From: Alphaproteobacteria bacterium
GTDB lineage: Bacteria; Pseudomonadota; Alphaproteobacteria; Rs-D84
Direction: 5' to 3'
Assembly: GCA_017618175.1 (NCBI GenBank)
Contig: JAFZUT010000022.1
Coordinates: 14,723-78,722, forward strand
DNA: 64,000 bases
The notes under the pieces are model-generated. The model was not told the origin of the DNA. It was given only the letters and a program-made list of their open reading frames with translations, and did no database searches. How positions within the stretch are numbered: position 1 is the stretch's first letter; the number at the start of each line of letters is the position of its first letter. This document shows, in pieces, positions 17,337 through 26,252 of this stretch. Position numbers and translations under genes: made by a program.

Positions 17337-18491
17337 ATGAAAATATCGCGCAGGAATCTTTTGCAAATAACCGGCGTCGGAATTGTTGTCGCCGGAATGT
17401 TGCCACGTACCGCATTTGCGGCACGTAATTCATTAAAGTCTATGCGTACGGGGGTTCAGCCAAACGGTAAAACACGACTTGTTATTGAAACGGGATTGCG
17501 TCCGTCTTATACAATCGTTTATGGTGAAAATACATTGACGGTAAAGTTATCAAACACGACGGGAAATGATTCTGTGTCGGCAAAATTGGCGTCCGGAACT
17601 TTGGTGAAAACCGTGACCCAGACGCAAATTGGTGACGCATTGAACATTGTTGCAGAATTGCGCAAGCCCATTGCCGAAATTCCAAAAAATCAAATTATGG
17701 TTTTGGAACCGAATGGCGATAATGATTATCGATTGGTGTTGGATTTTGTTGCGGGTGCGGGCACAAAATCAACCGCAGCAACCGCCGCGGCCACGAGCAA
17801 TTCGAACGCAACGCGCAAACGCATAATCGTGTTGGATCCCGGTCACGGTGGCAAAGACCCGGGGTGCATAGGGCGGGGCGGCACGAAAGAGAAAACGGTT
17901 GTGTTATCGGTTGGTCGCAAATTGCGCAGCGCACTGCAAAACGCGGGCTTTGCGGTTTATATGACGCGGGGCGATGATACATACCTGAAATTGGCGGACC
18001 GTGCGGCAATTGCGGAAAAGAGAAAGGCCGATTTATTTATATCTATTCACGCGAACGCGAACCCAAGTCGTTCAATGAAGGGGTTTTCCATCTATACGCT
18101 TTCGGAAAAGGCGTCGGACGAAGAGGCACAAAAACTGGCGGATGCCGAAAATGCGGCGGATAAGATTGATGTTTCTGGGTTCGAGAGTTTTTCCAAAGAT
18201 ATTCGTATCGCACTGTCGTCATTACAACAACACGCGGTTGCGGAAATGAGTGAAGAATACGCAAACGGTTGTGCGTCCGCATTCAAACGCGCCGGCGTTG
18301 AACAACAACCCGGCCCCGCGGTGCGTCATGCGCCGTTGGCGGTTCTGCGTTCGACCGTGCCGGGTGCATTGATTGAATGTGGACACCTGTCGAATGCGGC
18401 GGAAGAAAAATTGTTAAAATCGGGCGCACACCAAGATAAATTGGTCGCAGCCATCGTCCGTTCCGTCAAAAATTACGATTTTGAGGTATAA
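17337..18491 (+). CDS. amiC: N-acetylmuramoyl-L-alanine amidase, AmiC-type (Tat signal, AMIN domain, Amidase_3)
   Basis: RRNLLQITG twin-arginine signal. The catalytic domain contains VLDPGHGGKDPG...FISIHANA. Confidence 0.85.
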   Translation: MKISRRNLLQITGVGIVVAGMLPRTAFAARNSLKSMRTGVQPNGKTRLVIETGLRPSYTIVYGENTLTVKLSNTTGNDSVSAKLASGTLVKTVTQTQIGDALNIVAELRKPIAEIPKNQIMVLEPNGDNDYRLVLDFVAGAGTKSTAATAAATSNSNATRKRIIVLDPGHGGKDPGCIGRGGTKEKTVVLSVGRKLRSALQNAGFAVYMTRGDDTYLKLADRAAIAEKRKADLFISIHANANPSRSMKGFSIYTLSEKASDEEAQKLADAENAADKIDVSGFESFSKDIRIALSSLQQHAVAEMSEEYANGCASAFKRAGVEQQPGPAVRHAPLAVLRSTVPGALIECGHLSNAAEEKLLKSGAHQDKLVAAIVRSVKNYDFEV

Positions 18492-18533
18492 AGCCCTTGC
18501 AAAAGATTTTTGTGGCGGTATAATGCCCGCACC

Positions 18534-18624
18534 GGAGATATGGCAGAGCTGGTTGAATGCGCGCGACTCGAAATCGCGTATACAGGAAACTGTATCGAGG
18601 GTTCGAATCCCCCTATCTCCGCCA
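18534..18624 (+). tRNA. tRNA-Ser (anticodon CGA)
   Basis: GGAGATA...CGCGA CTCGAAA TCGCG, a long variable arm, GAGGG TTCGAAT CCCCC TATCTCC GCCA. A TTGCAA/TATAAT promoter lies upstream. Confidence 0.9.
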
Positions 18625-18626
18625 TT
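18606..18626. repeat. 21-bp direct repeat, copy 1 (3' end of tRNA-Ser)
   Basis: AATCCCCCTATCTCCGCCATT. An identical copy is at 18778-18798. Confidence 0.9.
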
Positions 18627-18635
18627 CAAATAAAA

Positions 18636-18660
18636 GCGTCCCCAATGGGACGATTTTATT
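18636..18660 (+). terminator. Terminator after tRNA-Ser
   Basis: CGTCCC-caat-GGGACG hairpin followed by a T-run. Confidence 0.7.
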
Positions 18661-18777
18661 TGAACGGAAGATACGGTCGGCTGAGAACCCGCCGCAACGT
18701 AGTTGCAGGGTGCGGAACAAGCGCACAAAGTGCGCGCAGTGAAAGGGGCCCGCGAAACGCAGTTGAGTGGGAATTAC

Positions 18778-18798
18778 AATCCCCCTATCTCCGCCATT
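18778..18798. repeat. 21-bp direct repeat, copy 2
   Basis: Identical to 18606-18626. The two copies flank a 151-bp insert. Confidence 0.9.
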
Positions 18799-18831
18799 TG
18801 ATTTTTTATTTTTACGCTGTATAATCGTTAT

Positions 18832-19176
18832 ATGAAAAGTTTTAACGAAAGTGTTTATGAAATTGTCGCAAAAATTCCGGCCGGGCGTGTGGCGACCTTT
18901 GGTCAAATTGCGCGTATGATTGGTCGCCCGCGTATGGCGCGATTCGTAGGATACGCATCCAATAACAAGGCATATTGGCACCTGCCTTGGCACCGTGTGG
19001 TTTTCAAAGACGGAACACTTATTGGCGAACCGTTCCACGACCAACAATATCGTGACCTAAAGGCCGAAGGCGTCAAATTCACGCGTGATAAAAAGGTAAT
19101 TATGAAAAAATATCAATGGCAACCCAGTGGCGAATCGATGCCCGCCGATATTCGCGACTGGCCATTAAAGTTTTAA
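18832..19176 (+). CDS. Alkyltransferase-like (ATL) protein: MGMT-family DNA-binding domain without the acceptor Cys
   Basis: IPAGRVATFGQIA helix. PWHRVV replaces the PCHRV active-site motif. Confidence 0.75.
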   Translation: MKSFNESVYEIVAKIPAGRVATFGQIARMIGRPRMARFVGYASNNKAYWHLPWHRVVFKDGTLIGEPFHDQQYRDLKAEGVKFTRDKKVIMKKYQWQPSGESMPADIRDWPLKF

Positions 19177-19206
19177 TAAAATGGGCGCATTGCGCGCCCA
19201 TAATAA

Positions 19207-19959
19207 TCACTGTTTCTTTTTGGGTTTCTTTTTATCGTTTGTAATCATTTTTTGATTTGTGATTTTGTTCAAAATCATATCGGGACTGATATGTTTGAAC
19301 GCCAAAAACCAATCGCGCCCGTTGCCCGATTTTGCCCGCGTGCGCGCATCATGGGTTGTATTTGGTGCCGGCACAATAACGTCTTCGCCGGGAATCCATT
19401 CTGCGGGCGTGGCAACACGAAATGCGTCAGATGTTTGCAATGCAATCAAAGTTCGTTTAATTTCTGTGATATTGCGACCAACCGACTTTGGATAATACAT
19501 AATCGCGCGAATCACGCCACGTGGATCGATAATAAATACCGCACGTACGGTATCTGTATTACCCGATGCATCGTGAATCATACCGTATTTGCGGGCGACC
19601 ATACCGGCATTGTCCGCGACAATTGGAAATTCAATTTCCATATCTTTCCAACCCTGGAAAGTTATGTCGTGTTGAATTGCCTGAATCCACGCAATATGTG
19701 ACGCATTTGAATCAACCGACAATCCCAACAGTTCTGTGTTCAATGCGTGAAATTCATCCCGCATAGATTGAAACGTCATAAATTCTGTGGTACATACGGG
19801 TGTAAAATCGCCGGGATGAGAAAAAAACACAACCCATTTCCCGCGATAATCGTGCGGAAAGTGTATGTATCCGTTTGTGGTGTTCGCACCGAATTCTGGT
19901 GCGATTTCGCCGATGGTCGGCATATGTGTGCATTCGCAATTGTTCATAAATTTGTTCAT
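19207..19959 (-). CDS. Peroxiredoxin (Prx6/1-Cys-like)
   Basis: FSHPGDFTPVCTTEF peroxidatic-Cys motif. AAGGGGG Shine-Dalgarno before the ATG at 19959. Confidence 0.85.
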   Translation of the reverse strand: MNKFMNNCECTHMPTIGEIAPEFGANTTNGYIHFPHDYRGKWVVFFSHPGDFTPVCTTEFMTFQSMRDEFHALNTELLGLSVDSNASHIAWIQAIQHDITFQGWKDMEIEFPIVADNAGMVARKYGMIHDASGNTDTVRAVFIIDPRGVIRAIMYYPKSVGRNITEIKRTLIALQTSDAFRVATPAEWIPGEDVIVPAPNTTHDARTRAKSGNGRDWFLAFKHISPDMILNKITNQKMITNDKKKPKKKQ

Positions 19960-20029
19960 ATAAAACCCCCTTGGTTGTTTTATATGATAAATTATTCGTT
20001 TAATAATTTCCCCAAGAGAGAATTCTTAT

Positions 20030-21064
20030 TTAGTTTGTATCAATCACACCGGCGTGATAAGTGTTACCGTTATATGTCAAATTCAAACTGGCCGTGCCGC
20101 CATTGCCAGATTCCAACGGCACATAGCATGTGACGCCATTTTGCCGTACGTTTATGGCAACCGTTGTCACCTTGGTCGCAAACAATGGAAATGTTAGGCC
20201 CGTATTGGTTTTCAATTGTGTGGCCCACGAACACAGGTCCGGACACGCACCACCATAGGCGTGATCGCACGATGTGGCATCCGGTTGACATGCAACAGTT
20301 CGCATTGTATCAGAAGAATTCAGTTTCCAAGCACTTTCATAACCTGTTGTAACTTGCGTAGTTCCTGTTGGACACGTCTTGTCCATATTAGAAGCGCCAA
20401 CGAACATATTGTTCATATAGGAGGCAGGGATAGACATACCAGTTATCCCATTGAATAAATTATATGGCACGTATCCAGTTAAACTTGTACAATTGTTAAA
20501 CATGTAATTAAACATACCGGTCCTTGCGGCACCCGTTATTCCACTAAATAATCCCGATGGTATGGGTCCCCGAAGATTTGTACAATCTTTGAAAGTTTCA
20601 TAAAATAATGGCATAGTATTACCAATAGGCGGAAACAGAGCGCCCAAGCTACCACTGATGCCGGTAAGATAACTGTTATTTACACGAAGTACCGAATAAC
20701 TACGACCGTTTTTTGTTGAATATTCTGTGAAACTCCCACTAAGTCGGATAGTACTTGCTTGATAGAATCGATGAGTTATACTGTACGTTTGATTTGTTTT
20801 ATCTCTGGTAACGGTTTGAATGTTGCTATTATCGCCCCAATCTATGTATAATGTTCCTTTGGCATTAATATAAAAACTGAAATCAAAACCATCAGAAGGG
20901 TCATCAGATGTCACGGTCATCGTAAATTGGACGGGGACACACGAATTGTCGGAAAGGGTAATTTGGTCACTTGTGCACGCGACCGCAGGCGCGATTCGGA
21001 ACGCGCCGAAAACACCGACACAAATAACAGTCAGCACACGTAAAAAACGCGCAAAATTCAACAT
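20030..21064 (-). CDS. Secreted repeat protein with about 26-residue surface-protein repeats and a C-terminal domain shared with the giant adhesin
   Basis: Signal peptide. Repeats of the form FKDCTNLRGPIPSGLFSGI and FNNCTSLTGYVPYNLFNGI. The C-terminus LFATKVTTVAINVR...LNLTYNGNTYHAGVID is the shared domain. Confidence 0.7.
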   Translation of the reverse strand: MLNFARFLRVLTVICVGVFGAFRIAPAVACTSDQITLSDNSCVPVQFTMTVTSDDPSDGFDFSFYINAKGTLYIDWGDNSNIQTVTRDKTNQTYSITHRFYQASTIRLSGSFTEYSTKNGRSYSVLRVNNSYLTGISGSLGALFPPIGNTMPLFYETFKDCTNLRGPIPSGLFSGITGAARTGMFNYMFNNCTSLTGYVPYNLFNGITGMSIPASYMNNMFVGASNMDKTCPTGTTQVTTGYESAWKLNSSDTMRTVACQPDATSCDHAYGGACPDLCSWATQLKTNTGLTFPLFATKVTTVAINVRQNGVTCYVPLESGNGGTASLNLTYNGNTYHAGVIDTN

Positions 21065-21167
21065 ATTATGATATTTGTTAGTATATTCCTTTCCTTGTTA
21101 TAATTTAAGGCTAGCAAAAATGCGCCAAACGGCGCAAGTAAATATATTATATATTTTAATATTTATT

Positions 21168-23096
21168 TTATATCTGGGGTGATAATGCGGAATATATCAC
21201 ACCCAAATCGGTCTTAATCAAACCTGCAACCAATTTGTCGGCATTGTCGGTTTGCCGCGCCGCAGCCATAATTTTATCGAAACTGCGAACGAATTGTGTT
21301 GCCTGGGAACGGAAAACAGAATCAGATTTTAACAATTCGCGAATTTGTTTTTTGTTTGCCGCACGGATAATTTTCGACATCCATTTTGCAAATATGGTTT
21401 TGTCGCCGTCATGATATTTTTTCCAAACAACATCGGGAATTTCACCGCCCATGGCACGGGTCAGGTCGATTGTTTGTTCATACATCTTGTCAAATTCGTG
21501 CGTGCTGGATTCCAAGAAATCGCGGCCGCTGGCGCGTGGCATCGGTGCGGATGTGCCGGCGGATTTTATTGCCTCCATCGGTGCGGCGGCACGCGCAACC
21601 ATCATTTGTTTATTCAACGTCTGCATTGTATCCACGGCCTTGGCATAATCGCTCATCAAATCTATCATTTGTTGCCGTGACCCACCGGCCAAGTTTTCTA
21701 ACTTTACCGCAGAATCTGCAACCGCAATTGTTGCCTTTTCAACCGTATCACGTATAGTGGCAATTTTTTCATCCAATTCGGACACAATTTTGCCCAACCC
21801 AATGCCTGCATCGCCCGATTGCCGCGCCAATTCGGGCAGGGCCTCGTAATATTTATCAATCAATTCAGACAAAGGCTTCAATTGCGCGGTTGTATCCATT
21901 GACATTTTTATTAATCCTTGGGATTGGCCGGTCAATTGAGTGTGGGCCGCGTTCATTTCTATCAATGTTTCGCGCACGCCCGTTGCCATGGATTTGACCG
22001 ATTCAGAAAATGCGTTTGCCGCGGTTTTTGTGTCTTTTAATGTATCGTTGGCAACCCCGGATACTGTTTTTAATTCGCCGACAACATCGCCCGCAAAATC
22101 CTTAATTTCGTTTTCAAAATGGTTTGTTAATCCAGACAGTTCAGTTGATATGCCGCGTACCGCACTTTCGGTTTCGGTCGCACTGGTCATCAAAGATTCA
22201 ACCGCATCTGTCAATTTCTTGATTTGCTTTTCAATTGAAGATTCAGACAATAATACCTGGGCACCAACAACGTTCGCCGTGTTGGTAAGGGTGTTCATTT
22301 GTGCGGTTAATTGTTTTTTGCTCTGTTTGCCGAATGTATCAAGTTTTGTTAGGTATGTATTCACGATTTTGTTGTTTTCGCCAAGAACGTCCTCATAATT
22401 TTCGGCGGATTCTTTGATTTGGTTAAACCCATCAAGACTTGTCTTGGTCAATTCGGCTATTGCGCCCTGGATGGTGTTGGCGTCTTCGGCCATTTTTTGG
22501 AATTGTTCAGTGTTCGTTTCCAATGCGGTATTTAATTGGTTGCCCAGGTTCACCGCCCCATCGGCCCATTGCGCGATTTTTGCATCAATCTGGGCGATTT
22601 TATCATTCGAATCGTTGGTTGTTTCGGTTATCTTGGTCAATGTTTCACCAACCGTTTGCGCAAACCGGTCGGTCGCGTTCGTCACATTATCCCACGATTC
22701 AGATGTTACCAATTGCGTCAATCCAGAAATACTGTTATCCATGCGCCCCGTCATTTGAACAACACGCTGAATCGCTTCATTTGCGGTGCTTACCAATTCT
22801 TGATTGCGTTGTGCCAATTCATCGCGTAATTTCTGGGCATCGGTTATTTGTGCATTCATTGTTGCATGCATTGATTGAAAGCACGCGGCAATTTGTTTAA
22901 TTTCATCGGCCATTATTGTTTGCAGAACGCGTGATGCATCCGCAATGCGCGCACGGTCGGGTTCCGTCATTATAGAAACGACAGACTTCATAACGCGTTG
23001 AGATTTGCGTGATATGAAAAAAAGCATCATCATCGCGATAAATGCCAAACCCATAATTGATGCACCGACTATAACGAAAACATTGTTGAAATCCAT
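21168..23096 (-). CDS. Membrane-anchored long coiled-coil protein (642 aa)
   Basis: N-terminal TM helix, then about 450 aa of heptad-like Ala/Thr/Gln/Glu-rich sequence, then a globular C-terminus. No family recognised. Confidence 0.65.
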   Translation of the reverse strand: MDFNNVFVIVGASIMGLAFIAMMMLFFISRKSQRVMKSVVSIMTEPDRARIADASRVLQTIMADEIKQIAACFQSMHATMNAQITDAQKLRDELAQRNQELVSTANEAIQRVVQMTGRMDNSISGLTQLVTSESWDNVTNATDRFAQTVGETLTKITETTNDSNDKIAQIDAKIAQWADGAVNLGNQLNTALETNTEQFQKMAEDANTIQGAIAELTKTSLDGFNQIKESAENYEDVLGENNKIVNTYLTKLDTFGKQSKKQLTAQMNTLTNTANVVGAQVLLSESSIEKQIKKLTDAVESLMTSATETESAVRGISTELSGLTNHFENEIKDFAGDVVGELKTVSGVANDTLKDTKTAANAFSESVKSMATGVRETLIEMNAAHTQLTGQSQGLIKMSMDTTAQLKPLSELIDKYYEALPELARQSGDAGIGLGKIVSELDEKIATIRDTVEKATIAVADSAVKLENLAGGSRQQMIDLMSDYAKAVDTMQTLNKQMMVARAAAPMEAIKSAGTSAPMPRASGRDFLESSTHEFDKMYEQTIDLTRAMGGEIPDVVWKKYHDGDKTIFAKWMSKIIRAANKKQIRELLKSDSVFRSQATQFVRSFDKIMAAARQTDNADKLVAGLIKTDLGVIYSALSPQI

Positions 23097-23183
23097 TTCC
23101 TTTGCCCCCCAAAATAATACAGATATGTTCTTGCAGTTATGGATACTTTATACTAGAATTTATGGAACAAAGCAAGGACATAA

Positions 23184-25799
23184 ATGATAAAAAAAGACAT
23201 CCTTTCGCCTGAACAAGAAATCGCCGCGGAACCAACATTGAATGTTTGGGTCCAGGCGAACGCCGGCACCGGAAAAACCAGTGTTTTAACGGCGCGATTG
23301 CTACGAATATTGTTTCGCAGTGATGAACCAATCGGTGGAATTTTATGCCTAACCTATACAAATGCGGCGGCCGGGGAAATGAAAAATCGTATCTTGGCGG
23401 CATTGCGGGGATGGGCGATGGCAAACGATCAAGAACTGCGCGAATTACTGGGGGGGATTTCAATACATAATCCACCGACCGATGATGATATCGCCCACGC
23501 GCGCAGAATATTTTTCAAATATATTGATTCGCCCGATTTATTAAAGATAAAAACAATTCACGGTTTTTGTGAAGAGGTTCTGCATCGTTTCCCAACCGAG
23601 GTGGGCATATCTCCGTCTTGGTCTTTGATATCTGATGCACCACAAAAAGTGTTATTAAATGACGCATTAAATAACCTTATAAATTCGCCAACAAATGATG
23701 CTCGCACGGTCAGTGCTTTTAATCATATTGTTGGCGTTATGTCCGAATATAAATTGGATGATTTATTGGATAATATTGAACGACAATACAAGAATTTTTT
23801 TGTGGTAAATAATTTTGATAATTATAGGAATTATTTCATTGATACAATTGAGAAAATTCTAAAAATAAATACCAAAAAAAACATCGAAAAAGCCCCAAAT
23901 AAACTAAAAAAAATATTGGAATTTGCACGTGCCGAAAAAAAGCCGACACGGACATTAGAAAATCTTATTTACTTGACCGAAAAATACATTGATAACAGCA
24001 TAGATTTTCAAGAATACAAATTTGCATATTTAACAAAAACCGAAACACCAATTCAAAAAGGATTAAACTATGAATATTTGTCGGCGGAACGCGAACGTGT
24101 TTTGGCGGCAAATGCATATCAAATAAATAAACAAATTTATATGGCAACGGTTGCATTGTTTGATTTATCTGCGGCGTTCGCAAAGAAATATGCAAAATTG
24201 AAACAAAACCTTAATGTTTTAGATTTTGAAGATTTGATTTTATATACACATCGTTTGTTTTCTAATCCTGAAAATATGGGTTGGGTTTTGTCGCAAATGG
24301 ATTTTTCTTTGTCACACATATTGGTTGACGAAGCCCAAGATACAGGCCCCTTGCAATGGGAATTGTTGCAAATGTTGTCGGGTGATTTTTTTGCCGAAGG
24401 CGACCGTTCAAAATTGCCACGATCTTTGTTTGTTGTAGGTGACACTAAACAATCTATCTATGGGTTCCAAGGTGCGGATCCAAACGCATTCGCGTCCAGC
24501 CGGGCCCAGATTGCGGCACAAATTAAAAACAGTGCGCGACAAATTCGTGAGGTCCCATTGACCCAAAGTTTTCGTTCTGTTGAACCAATACTTAAAACCG
24601 TAGATATGTTTTTCGGCGATGCAAATGTTGCGGTGCAGACGGGTTTTGTAAATAACCCGCACAAATGTTTTCGCATTTGTGAACGTGGCTGTGCCGTGGT
24701 TCACGAATTGGCAACACCGGGCGACAGGGAAACCTCTGTCGCGCGCAAAGAATATATTCGTGAAATAGGGGACAAAATAGAAAAAATCTTGGCGGATGGA
24801 AAATATGAACCGCATGACATAATGATTTTGGTGCAAAATCGTAACCCGTTTGCGACCCCTATGGTGAATGAATTAAAGCGCCGCGGTATAGATGTTGCCG
24901 GCAGTGATCGTGTTATTTTACCGAATTTCCCGGTCGTGCGTGATTTGATGAATTTGTTACGGTTTTGTATTAACCCGGCGGATGATTACAGTTTGGCATG
25001 CGTATTAAAAAGTCCTTTGTTCGGTCTAAATGATGCCGCCGTTTATAAAGTGTGCACAACGCGAAACCAAGAAAATACGCGGCGGCGCACTGATGCGGGT
25101 GGATTTATGCCTGTGACGATTTTTGAAATTCTTGAAACAATGCACCCGGAAATATATTCAATACTGAACGATTTTATAGAAAAATCACGTGTATGGGGAC
25201 CATACAGTTTCTTTACGTATGTTCTTAATTCTAATGATACGCGTAAAAAATTTATTGCCGCACTTGGTGCACAAATAATCGACCCGTTGGAAGAATTTAT
25301 TACAATATGCTTGGCATATGAACGCACGCGCCCCGGCACATTGCGACACTTTATCAAATGGTTTATAACCGGAAACAGTGAAATAAAACGCGATATGGAT
25401 TCTGGTGCCGGTGTACGCATTGTCACCATTCATGGCAGCAAAGGTCTGCAATCACGTGTAGTGTTTTTAATAGATACTACGGCCATGCCCAAGGCAAGAT
25501 ATATCTATAATTTACCCGACAAGAATATGCCGGTTTGGATTTGGACACCGCGTGCGCCTTCGGGTTTTAGTCCTGAATTTGAAGAAATTCGCAGGTCTGC
25601 GTTTGATAAAGATATAGAAGAGAGTTATCGGTTGTTGTATGTGGCGATGACGCGCGCCCGTGATGAACTTTATATCTATGGATTTACCCCGAACAAATCT
25701 GCACCAGAATTATCGTGGCACAATATGTTATGGAACACATTGTTGCCCAAGGTTGGGGCGACAAATAACGCAATCAGGATTTCAAACTATGACGAATAA
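23184..25799 (+). CDS. addA: AddA-type (UvrD/RecB superfamily 1) helicase lacking its nuclease domain
   Basis: WVQANAGTGKTSVLTARLLRIL Walker A, LCLTYTNAAAGEM, ILVDEAQDT, VGDTKQSIYGFQGA, VAMTRARDELYIYG. Confidence 0.8.
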   Translation: MIKKDILSPEQEIAAEPTLNVWVQANAGTGKTSVLTARLLRILFRSDEPIGGILCLTYTNAAAGEMKNRILAALRGWAMANDQELRELLGGISIHNPPTDDDIAHARRIFFKYIDSPDLLKIKTIHGFCEEVLHRFPTEVGISPSWSLISDAPQKVLLNDALNNLINSPTNDARTVSAFNHIVGVMSEYKLDDLLDNIERQYKNFFVVNNFDNYRNYFIDTIEKILKINTKKNIEKAPNKLKKILEFARAEKKPTRTLENLIYLTEKYIDNSIDFQEYKFAYLTKTETPIQKGLNYEYLSAERERVLAANAYQINKQIYMATVALFDLSAAFAKKYAKLKQNLNVLDFEDLILYTHRLFSNPENMGWVLSQMDFSLSHILVDEAQDTGPLQWELLQMLSGDFFAEGDRSKLPRSLFVVGDTKQSIYGFQGADPNAFASSRAQIAAQIKNSARQIREVPLTQSFRSVEPILKTVDMFFGDANVAVQTGFVNNPHKCFRICERGCAVVHELATPGDRETSVARKEYIREIGDKIEKILADGKYEPHDIMILVQNRNPFATPMVNELKRRGIDVAGSDRVILPNFPVVRDLMNLLRFCINPADDYSLACVLKSPLFGLNDAAVYKVCTTRNQENTRRRTDAGGFMPVTIFEILETMHPEIYSILNDFIEKSRVWGPYSFFTYVLNSNDTRKKFIAALGAQIIDPLEEFITICLAYERTRPGTLRHFIKWFITGNSEIKRDMDSGAGVRIVTIHGSKGLQSRVVFLIDTTAMPKARYIYNLPDKNMPVWIWTPRAPSGFSPEFEEIRRSAFDKDIEESYRLLYVAMTRARDELYIYGFTPNKSAPELSWHNMLWNTLLPKVGATNNAIRISNYDE

Positions 25800-26235
25800 A
25801 ATACAAGATTTGATAAACGCAAAATCACGTCAAGAATACGCCACGACCGCCGGCCGGGCAATGCATACACAAATGCAGCATATTTTTTATACGGGCCACG
25901 GTTGGGTGGGAAATGCGAATATAACAAAACGAATTTCTGGGATTTCTGAATTGATGGAATATATGGGCGTTCTTTCACGGACCGAGGTACCCATTGCCGG
26001 CACAGTAAACGGGAAATTTATAAGTCGGCGCATAGATCGACTGTATGTAAATAACGATACAAAAAAAGTGGTTGTTTTAGATTATAAAACAGACGCAGAT
26101 AAAAATTTATTCTATAAAAAATATTGCGAACAATTAACAGAATACTATGAATTATTAAAGCAAATTTACAAGGGATTCAATATCGAATGTAAAATACTTT
26201 GGCTTGGCGATTTTACACTGGAAAACATAATATAA
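25789..26235 (+). CDS. Stand-alone PD-(D/E)XK (RecB-family) nuclease domain, apparently the detached C-terminus of AddA
   Basis: GRAMHTQMQ, EVPIAG, RIDRLYV, VVLDYKTD and YCEQLTEYY motifs. It overlaps the addA stop codon by 11 nt in another frame. Confidence 0.65.
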   Translation: MTNKIQDLINAKSRQEYATTAGRAMHTQMQHIFYTGHGWVGNANITKRISGISELMEYMGVLSRTEVPIAGTVNGKFISRRIDRLYVNNDTKKVVVLDYKTDADKNLFYKKYCEQLTEYYELLKQIYKGFNIECKILWLGDFTLENII

Positions 26236-26252
26236 ATGGGTATAATACGGGC

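Noticed and set aside
18666-18796. Possible tRNA-Sec (selC), because the segment starts GGAAGATA like E. coli selC and ends ...GCCA.
   Set aside because: There is no TCA anticodon anywhere in the segment, I cannot draw a consistent D or anticodon arm, and the acceptor pairing needs bulges. I treat it as a tRNA-Ser-derived relic or unknown RNA.
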